From positions 1-51,479 of IMG/VR virus record IMGVR_UViG_3300012232_000016: a stretch of DNA of 51,479 nucleotides; one strand, written 5' to 3'. Numbering within the stretch: the stretch's first letter is position 1; every line of letters begins with the position of its first letter. This DNA is from a virus. Lineage: Duplodnaviria; Caudoviricetes. Below are positions 45,036 to 51,479 of the stretch, piece after piece. Below the pieces are notes generated by a model, which worked only from the letters and a program-made list of their open reading frames with translations, made no database searches and was not told the DNA's origin. A program made the translations under genes and the position numbers.

Positions 45036-47683
45036 TGTGCTACCGCCCAATTCGGACCGGTTTCCACTTCCCAAACGATGGGCACTCTCAATTGAAAGGT
45101 CTGACGATTGAGCACTTCACGCATGCGTGACGCCGTCTGCGTGGCGCGTGCATCACCGTCTACTTCATCATGGACGGTGTAACGCATCAGGAAACCTGTA
45201 TACTTTCGGTTCTGATGCAGCTCCACCAACTTCGCCTTCATAATGTCAGCGGCTGATCCCTGAATGACGTAATTGATAGCCGCATGAGCCCACTGCATCT
45301 GATCAGCGTTCGTGAAGCGAGCACGGCGCCCAGAGATCGTTTTCACAAAACCACGTGAGCGCGCCAGGTTCTCTGCCTTCTTAGGCAACCTGGATAACTC
45401 AGGAAACATCTGGTGCCAGATACGGTAGATCTGATCGCTCTCTGTGCGTTCCATGCCGAGCGTAGTGGAGAGGGTCGCTTCTCGTCCGCCATAGACTAGG
45501 CAGAAGTTTGCGTTCTTGACGATGTTACGGCTCAGATCTTTGTAGCGGCGGATCTCGTCTCCAACCACCTTATGGAAGTCTACCCACTTACCTCCAAGGT
45601 CACCCCGCTCCAACTTCTCGGCGTCAGCCTTGTAGGCGGATATGAGCTTCTCGCTCTCTGCGAAATGGGCCGCGAGTCTATACTCAATAGACTGAGCGTC
45701 AGCACTGACATGATCTGCGTTACTTTCATCATCACGGACGTAGGGAGCCGCCTCGAAGAGTTCTCTGACAAGAAAGATCTCACTGTCATGGGAGTTATCA
45801 TCGTGGGCAAATCCGAAGGCCATGCGTTGGCTGTTGACGCGGAAGACCTGCTGTAGATTGGCACCGAACTGCCCGATGCCTTTACTAGAGCCCGACATAC
45901 TGAATCGTCCACGAATAGTGCCGTATTCATCACCTCGTAGTTGATGAAGTGCGAATCGAAGGGCATTATCGGCACCTACCACCTCCGAGTAAGGCAGCAG
46001 GAATTTGGACATCAGGCTCGCCAGCTTGCCAGATTTCCGCACGATCTGCACTAGCGGATGATTGATCTTAGCGAGCAGAGCATCCGCAAAGGATGCCTGT
46101 CCTTGTGGATAGCTCTTGCTGGGTTCTGTGCGGCCAGGATAGGCGAGTTTCAAGAAGTCGAAGAGCCTTACAAGATCTGCATTCTTATCCGGATTGATCT
46201 GGAAGCCACATTCACGAGCGATCTCAAAGAGCATTTCGTCCAGCATGCGCCTGCATTCGCTTGTGAAGTGTAGGAGCTTACCCCTATCTACATTCGCTGC
46301 ATTGCGCTCCATCTCACAGACAGGATAAATGACGTCGCACTCCAATTGACGCACCCGCTGGAGGTCTTGTGCATCCATGAGAGGGATCATGACCTGTTTC
46401 AGTTCACCGACCAGATGCACATCATGACAAGCATACTCAGCCACTTGCGAGGCGTGATAACCGGCCATGCGCGTCTTGTCGAGGTCCTGCCCGGTCTTGT
46501 GCTGCCCGATGAAGTCTTTCGCGAGGACATCTAACTTGAACTCTCTGCGATACTCGTCTAGGAGTGCGGCATAGTGCTGCACGTCTGCAAGTTGACAACC
46601 CTGCTCTTCAAGATCGATGCCCCAGGCATAGAGCATGTGATTATCGAAACGGGTATTGGCATTGGTGATCTTCTTGCCCCTCAGTTCCCGTTTCGCCCAC
46701 TCTTTGACTTGAGCTTCATCTAGGTTCCCACCTGTATGACCCCAAGGCAGATACTGCTTCTTGCCGTTAGGAAGGCGCACGGAGATCCCGATGGGTTTGG
46801 CACCTTCCCACCACTTCAAGCCGTTCGTTTCACAGTCTAGTTCTATCTCATCGATGCCATCTAGTTGAGGCGGTGCTTCTGGGCGCCAACCCAGGTTCTC
46901 TGGGGGCACTTCATCACCCACAAGTTCTACGGTCGTATAGGTCTGCTTGAGCCCAACGATGGGTTCACTGAACGCTTCTAATTCTCTGAGCCCAATCTCC
47001 ACAGCGAGCTTTGGTGTCAGCATGCTGTCAGGCGTGAACGCCACCGCCCGGGCTGCACGTCGGGCGGCCACGTCGTTCGCGGCTGTAGCCGAAGGCTGGG
47101 CCGGCGCTGGACGAGCTACAAGGATCTGTTTGTCAATCCTGATCTGTTTCCCTGGCTCACCTGGGATGATGGTTTCCACCTTGGGCGGTGGAGGCGGTGC
47201 ATCATCATCTTCGTAGAGTGAGACCTGCCCGAACTGAAATTGTGCCCAATCGAACGTCTGGAGGTCTTTGAAGTAACGCAGGCGCTCTGTTGTGAATGGT
47301 GTGGTCATAGGCAAGCTGGCATAACCATCGTCATGCTCAAGAGAGGTGACGATCTGTGCCATCTTGGCGTAATCAATCTCCGCACCCAACTCCAGACTCA
47401 GCGCCAGTTTGATCGCATCCTCTTTGCTGATCAAACCGAAGTTATGAACCTGGCATTCTGCCCAACCAAGCTGGCGCATGATGTTCAAACGGCGGCGCCC
47501 ATCAACGACCTCGAAGTGCCCGTCTTGGACAAGTTCGTTCTCAGCGTTTACGAAGCGCACCAACAATGGAAGAACCTGCCCATGTTTCATCAAGCTGGCG
47601 GTCAGCTTGATCACTTCTTCGCGGTCGTCGAGATGCCAGCTCCAATCAGGAAGCTGGATCTCATCAAGCTTCAAGACTGTCAT
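45032..47683 (-). CDS. family A DNA polymerase with N-terminal ParB/Srx-like domain
   Basis: ParB-like SLMKHGQVLPLLV and VVDGRRR; ExoI LDCET, NTRFD; motif A DAQSIEYR, B RNIVKNANFCLVYG, C VHDE; one 883-aa frame. Confidence 0.9.
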   Translation of the reverse strand: MTVLKLDEIQLPDWSWHLDDREEVIKLTASLMKHGQVLPLLVRFVNAENELVQDGHFEVVDGRRRLNIMRQLGWAECQVHNFGLISKEDAIKLALSLELGAEIDYAKMAQIVTSLEHDDGYASLPMTTPFTTERLRYFKDLQTFDWAQFQFGQVSLYEDDDAPPPPPKVETIIPGEPGKQIRIDKQILVARPAPAQPSATAANDVAARRAARAVAFTPDSMLTPKLAVEIGLRELEAFSEPIVGLKQTYTTVELVGDEVPPENLGWRPEAPPQLDGIDEIELDCETNGLKWWEGAKPIGISVRLPNGKKQYLPWGHTGGNLDEAQVKEWAKRELRGKKITNANTRFDNHMLYAWGIDLEEQGCQLADVQHYAALLDEYRREFKLDVLAKDFIGQHKTGQDLDKTRMAGYHASQVAEYACHDVHLVGELKQVMIPLMDAQDLQRVRQLECDVIYPVCEMERNAANVDRGKLLHFTSECRRMLDEMLFEIARECGFQINPDKNADLVRLFDFLKLAYPGRTEPSKSYPQGQASFADALLAKINHPLVQIVRKSGKLASLMSKFLLPYSEVVGADNALRFALHQLRGDEYGTIRGRFSMSGSSKGIGQFGANLQQVFRVNSQRMAFGFAHDDNSHDSEIFLVRELFEAAPYVRDDESNADHVSADAQSIEYRLAAHFAESEKLISAYKADAEKLERGDLGGKWVDFHKVVGDEIRRYKDLSRNIVKNANFCLVYGGREATLSTTLGMERTESDQIYRIWHQMFPELSRLPKKAENLARSRGFVKTISGRRARFTNADQMQWAHAAINYVIQGSAADIMKAKLVELHQNRKYTGFLMRYTVHDEVDGDARATQTASRMREVLNRQTFQLRVPIVWEVETGPNWAVAH

Positions 47684-48902
47684 GTGAGAAGACTGGGTCC
47701 TGTTCGCCGTTCCGTTCAAAGGCCTTACGGCGCATAAAACAGGGACCGCATTTGCCGCAGTGACCTGTTCCGCCGCGGTAACAAGACCAGGTGGATTCAA
47801 AGGGCGCAGAGATCTGCAGTCCCAGCTTCACGATCTCGTGCTTCATCAAATGTCCGACAGGACTCAGCAGACGCATGGCATAGTGGGCCCGCACGGCGTA
47901 GGGCATCGCGTCGTTGAGCAGTGTAGTGAACTGCTCTTCATTGTCCGGGTAAGCGCCAGCCTCTTCCAGGTTGTTCCCAAGTGCCACCGCGTGCCATCCG
48001 TTCGCTTCCGCCCAGGCTGTCGCCAACGAGATGAATACCAGATTTCGTCCAGGCACCCATTCGTGAGCGAATTCAGCCCCTTGGATCGCGGGTGTGATTG
48101 CGTCCTCAGACCCGAACAACGTGGATGATGCCCTACCCAGCATTGCCTTCAGATCTACAGGCATGAACGCCGCCTGGCATTTCAATTTCTTCGCGATCTG
48201 ATGAATCGCTTCACGTTCCCTGACCTCGGCTGCACAGCCATAGGTGAAATGTAAAAGACAGACGTTCCAACCGTCGCGCACCAGACGGGTCGCGGCCACT
48301 GTGCTATCGAGGCCTGAGGACGCGATGACAACGGCACTCTTGCTGTCTTCGCGCTTGAGACTGACCACTTCACCTGTCAGGAAGTCGATGGCGGTGTAGG
48401 GCTTGAGTTGAACAGGCGCATGACCGAATCTCGCCACGCCTTCAAAATGACGCGCCATGGACGAGAAGTAGATGGAGCCCCTGAGTTCGAAATAGTAGAG
48501 GGGCTTGTAGTTCGTCGCCGCCAGAACTGATCGGCCATTAAAGCACGCCAGAGCATAGGAGCCTTTCACATCTTGCAGACTGCGAGCCAGCTTGCTGACA
48601 CTCTCCCGATTGATGAACCTTGCCAGTGCCTGGCTGTCAATCTCATCAGGCTTCGCACCGATCTCGAGATCGTTGGCAATGGTGCCATTGTGGACCATCT
48701 GATCGTAGGGCTGGAGATCTCCGATCATGGGTTCGGGTGTAGGTGTGGCGCGCCAGTTGCCCAACATGACACTCCATCCGTTGAGAGAGACGTAACGTTC
48801 CATCCGCCCACCGTCACGCCCCCGATCACGTGCCTGGTCACGAATGGCGTCCAGGATGGCGTCGTTGACAGTTGGGCCAAGGGCGCCGTAGATGCTACAC
48901 AT
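47664..48902 (-). CDS. gat-queC: Gat-QueC fusion (Ntn glutamine amidotransferase plus preQ0 synthase)
   Basis: N-terminal MC nucleophile, RGRD, HNGTI, IDS; QueC SSGLDS, VPGRN, YPD, TWSCY, CGKCGPC. Confidence 0.92.
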   Translation of the reverse strand: MCSIYGALGPTVNDAILDAIRDQARDRGRDGGRMERYVSLNGWSVMLGNWRATPTPEPMIGDLQPYDQMVHNGTIANDLEIGAKPDEIDSQALARFINRESVSKLARSLQDVKGSYALACFNGRSVLAATNYKPLYYFELRGSIYFSSMARHFEGVARFGHAPVQLKPYTAIDFLTGEVVSLKREDSKSAVVIASSGLDSTVAATRLVRDGWNVCLLHFTYGCAAEVREREAIHQIAKKLKCQAAFMPVDLKAMLGRASSTLFGSEDAITPAIQGAEFAHEWVPGRNLVFISLATAWAEANGWHAVALGNNLEEAGAYPDNEEQFTTLLNDAMPYAVRAHYAMRLLSPVGHLMKHEIVKLGLQISAPFESTWSCYRGGTGHCGKCGPCFMRRKAFERNGEQDPVFSHDSLEA

Positions 48903-49734
48903 TGGGATCCTCCTCCCACGTGATGCCCCTCATGCGCCAAACGTCTGTGACATGTCGTTGGAGCTGGAGCTGAGTCTTGACATTCAGGATGGAGCGTCCA
49001 CGATGTGCTGAACCACCCTTCTTCGATTGATATTCAGAGATGCCATCCATGACCAAGCCATCGTAGAACTTTTGCCCATACTCCAGCCAGCCCATGGAGA
49101 CCACCTTACAATCTACAAACTGTGAGACACGTCCCATGCCCGCGCCTACCAATGCGGAGGAGCTGTCTGCGCTATACCAGGGGTATCGTTCAAGTGCCCA
49201 TTGTGCCATCACTCCGAAGACGTGGACTTTGATCGGGAAATAATCTCGTAGGACGCGCCAACATTTATCGAGCCATGGCTTCATCGTCTCCCGAGTCGCA
49301 CCAACAACCCCGCCCAAGGCAATGTAATCCGCCATTCCGCAAAGCCGACGGAGTTCATGCTCAGGGCTTCCCATATGATAAGTCGGGACCGGATGTAGAC
49401 CTTTTCCGAGCATGGTATCGTAATTACGGGCTGATCCACGCCAATCTCCGATCACGTCTAAGCATGCGTAGGGACTGAGGTGTGCTTCGTGCTGCCTGAT
49501 GTATTCGCTATATCGGTCAATATCGATCGTCGCACCGCGGGTCAATGCACCGAAGGCGCCGGAGTCGAGAAAGAATGGTTGTGGGGCGCGCTCACTTGTC
49601 CAGTAGGCGAAGGCATCTTTACCCCATGAGTCGATGTCTGCGAAGCTTAGGAGACGGTGCTGGATCCCTGCGATGGTGCTTAGGGCTGTTTCCTGTTCGG
49701 CCGTAGTTACGTTGCCTGCGAAGAAGAGTTTCAC
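48895..49734 (-). CDS. dpdA: DpdA-like DNA-guanine transglycosylase (TGT fold)
   Basis: FLDSGAF, LDVIG, PTYH, IALGG, HVFG, SADSSS; between folE and gat-queC; GTG start overlapping the upstream TGA. Confidence 0.78.
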   Translation of the reverse strand: MKLFFAGNVTTAEQETALSTIAGIQHRLLSFADIDSWGKDAFAYWTSERAPQPFFLDSGAFGALTRGATIDIDRYSEYIRQHEAHLSPYACLDVIGDWRGSARNYDTMLGKGLHPVPTYHMGSPEHELRRLCGMADYIALGGVVGATRETMKPWLDKCWRVLRDYFPIKVHVFGVMAQWALERYPWYSADSSSALVGAGMGRVSQFVDCKVVSMGWLEYGQKFYDGLVMDGISEYQSKKGGSAHRGRSILNVKTQLQLQRHVTDVWRMRGITWEEDPNV

Positions 49735-49907
49735 CGTTTTACCAGAAAAACAGGTCTTCCTGGCCAAAGAATGGATTTATCCTCAGGTCCTTTCAAGAAT
49801 GATTCTATATAGATTGGTTCTATAGTTTTTCTAGTAGGATAAGGTTGGTTTCTCCAGTGTCCTCTCACCCACCAACGATGTTCTCGATCACGATATGATT
49901 CTCTCAC
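49731..49907 (-). CDS. 58-aa VRGHWR-motif protein
   Basis: (V)RESYRDREHRWWVRGHWRNQPYPTRKTIEPIYIESFLKGPEDKSILWPGRPVFLVKR; GTGA overlaps with folE stop and dpdA start. Confidence 0.75.
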   Translation of the reverse strand: MRESYRDREHRWWVRGHWRNQPYPTRKTIEPIYIESFLKGPEDKSILWPGRPVFLVKR

Positions 49908-50467
49908 TTGATCAGGCTCATGAATTCAGCTCTGGCACTTGCTTCGTCCAGCAGCACACCCCGCAGATCTGACGTCGTGGTGTAGACGTTGGGGGCACAG
50001 ACGCCGCGGAGCTCCATGCAAAGATGACGGGCCTTAATGACCACACCGATGCCTTTGGGCTTCAGGTTCAATTCCAGCATCTCCGCGATGGCCTTGGTGA
50101 TGCGCTCCTGATTCTGTAACCCGGCTGAGCAGAATTTGACCGCCCGGGCCAGCTTGCTGAGCCCGACGATCTTGCCGTCTGGGATGTAGGCAACGGCCGC
50201 GGTGCCCATGAACGGGAGCATATGATGCTCACAAAGTGACTGCAGAGGGATGTTCGTCTGCACAATCATCTCGTTCATGCCCTCCGCCTCGAACGTCGTG
50301 AAGTTGAATTCCTGGCGATGACACAACTCCAACAGCATCTTCGCCATGCGCCGAGGGGTCTCTTTCAGGCCTTCACGTTCTGGTTTCTCCCCTAAGGCGA
50401 GGAGTAGACTGCTGACAGCCTTCTCCATGGCTAACTGTCGAATCGTGGTATCTACGACGGTGCTCAT
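49904..50467 (-). CDS. folE: GTP cyclohydrolase I
   Basis: REGLKETPRR, SLCEHH, GLSKLAR, LQNQER, HLCMELRG. Confidence 0.95.
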   Translation of the reverse strand: MSTVVDTTIRQLAMEKAVSSLLLALGEKPEREGLKETPRRMAKMLLELCHRQEFNFTTFEAEGMNEMIVQTNIPLQSLCEHHMLPFMGTAAVAYIPDGKIVGLSKLARAVKFCSAGLQNQERITKAIAEMLELNLKPKGIGVVIKARHLCMELRGVCAPNVYTTTSDLRGVLLDEASARAEFMSLIK

Positions 50468-50634
50468 GAGCCCTTCTTCTTTGACTTCGCTGTCACAGTC
50501 GCCTGTGGCGGACAAGTGCGACGATCCGTGTAGATCTGCCCGTTGGGGAGTCTCCAGTGGATCTCTACGACTTGATCGTGCTGGGCAAAGCAGGGGACCG
50601 TTTCGTCTCTCACGCGATGTTCGTTATTGACCAT
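50464..50634 (-). CDS. small hypothetical protein
   Basis: MVNNEHRV...KKKGS; ATGA overlap with folE. Confidence 0.5.
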   Translation of the reverse strand: MVNNEHRVRDETVPCFAQHDQVVEIHWRLPNGQIYTDRRTCPPQATVTAKSKKKGS

Positions 50635-50836
50635 GTCTCACCGATTTCTCTCCTACGCGAATGCCCGCCCATGCCTTGGCGCTTGCGAATGTCTTAACTC
50701 GAGCAAGATCACCCACTGTCTTGTCTGCGATGGTATATCCATCACCTGTCCGCACGATGAAGAACCTGCGATAGGTATGTTGACCTGTGGAGAAGCACAT
50801 GTCGCGCCGCCACCCGGACCAGCCAAGTTGATCCAT
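50624..50836 (-). CDS. hypothetical protein
   Basis: TAATG coupling. Confidence 0.55.
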   Translation of the reverse strand: MDQLGWSGWRRDMCFSTGQHTYRRFFIVRTGDGYTIADKTVGDLARVKTFASAKAWAGIRVGEKSVRHGQ

Positions 50837-51036
50837 TACGTTTGGCTGTCACCCATCCGTGCTAACGCCCGCCCGACCTGAGCGAGTCTTTCTCCATACA
50901 AGTTCACCTTGTATTCCAACTGATAGATTCCGTCGACGGGCATCACCAGCTGGACGTCTGCACATTCTTCAGGTAATTTGAAACCTTCAGCGAGTAAGGC
51001 TTCATATAGATCGAGCTTAACAGGGTGACTCATCAC
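50836..51036 (-). CDS. hypothetical protein
   Basis: GTGA overlap with the queE stop. Confidence 0.6.
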   Translation of the reverse strand: MMSHPVKLDLYEALLAEGFKLPEECADVQLVMPVDGIYQLEYKVNLYGERLAQVGRALARMGDSQT

Positions 51037-51479
51037 TGCACCTTCAGAATCTTGTGCATCTGCACGGATAGCCTCAGTGTCGGATGCGTCTGCAGCAGAT
51101 CCGTCACATAGCGCAGATTGACGGGGTCGATGTCGAATTTCCCGTTGCGGGGTTGGAGGAACACCAGCTTACCAGTCTGCGCCCAACGGAGCGCGTCCGT
51201 GAGATCCGGCCAGCGATAGCCACGCGCCCACGCTTCGAACTCCCCAGGCGCACAATGATACCCTTCACCCTTGATCAGACGGATCCGAGCGTCGACTTGC
51301 GCCGATGGGATCTCATTGCTGAGCCCGGGCACGATGACCTTGATCTCGTCAGCGTAATCTAGCATCGCGTCTTCGAGGTAGCCCGGCTTCGGACTGACGC
51401 AGATGTAGAGCGCCTTGCGGACTCTTTGCTGCGCCTGCTGATGGAAGAATTCGTGCGGGAACGCCTTCTCCCAAGGCAG
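51033..51479 (-). CDS. queE: QueE C-terminal part (frame open to window end)
   Basis: YICVSPK, DEIKVIV, VFLQP, RLSVQMHKIL. Confidence 0.88.
   Translation of the reverse strand: MPWEKAFPHEFFHQQAQQRVRKALYICVSPKPGYLEDAMLDYADEIKVIVPGLSNEIPSAQVDARIRLIKGEGYHCAPGEFEAWARGYRWPDLTDALRWAQTGKLVFLQPRNGKFDIDPVNLRYVTDLLQTHPTLRLSVQMHKILKVQ

Noticed and set aside
47230-47683. ParABS plasmid-prophage partition system
   Set aside because: No ParA recognised; the domain is fused to PolA and shows no obvious parS-binding HTH.
47684-47800. Track start for the polymerase at 47800
   Set aside because: Lies well inside gat-queC; ATG 47683 begins the ParB-like domain.
49735-49767. Track TTG start for dpdA
   Set aside because: GTG 49734 overlaps the micro-ORF stop, matching the coupling pattern of the operon.
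1-51479. Integrase/att sites, reverse transcriptase or DGR, tRNAs, alternative genetic code
   Set aside because: No such motifs recognised by eye; core genes are intact in code 11 and all three stop codons are used.

Overview
Near-complete, circularly permuted genome of a tailed dsDNA phage of siphovirus type; no integrase or CI-like repressor was recognised, so it is probably lytic. The + arm (3.2-28.9 kb) carries a Prim-Pol/SF3 primase-helicase, an iteron-like repeat cluster, terminase, portal, a split MuF, scaffold, P22-like major capsid, head-tail and tail genes with a G/GT -1 frameshift, and lysis genes. The - arm (28.9 kb to the end, continuing at 1-2.9 kb) carries small early genes, replication genes (SSB-like, UvrD, SNF2, SMC-like ATPase, DnaQ, beta clamp, PolA) and a complete 7-deazaguanine DNA-modification pathway (folE, queD, queE, gat-queC, dpdA-like) predicting archaeosine (dG+) DNA. 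queE is split across the window ends with a short gap. Most unusual: (1) a family A polymerase with an N-terminal ParB/Srx-like domain and a clamp-binding-like motif, coupled to dpdA/gat-queC; (2) five C-GGY-G triloop hairpins in the major capsid leader; (3) about ten TACTGGCT repeats after the primase-helicase; (4) a TGAYACCCGG box shared by four early promoters; (5) Cys/His insertions in several conserved proteins. All family calls come from reading motifs by eye; no searches were run.
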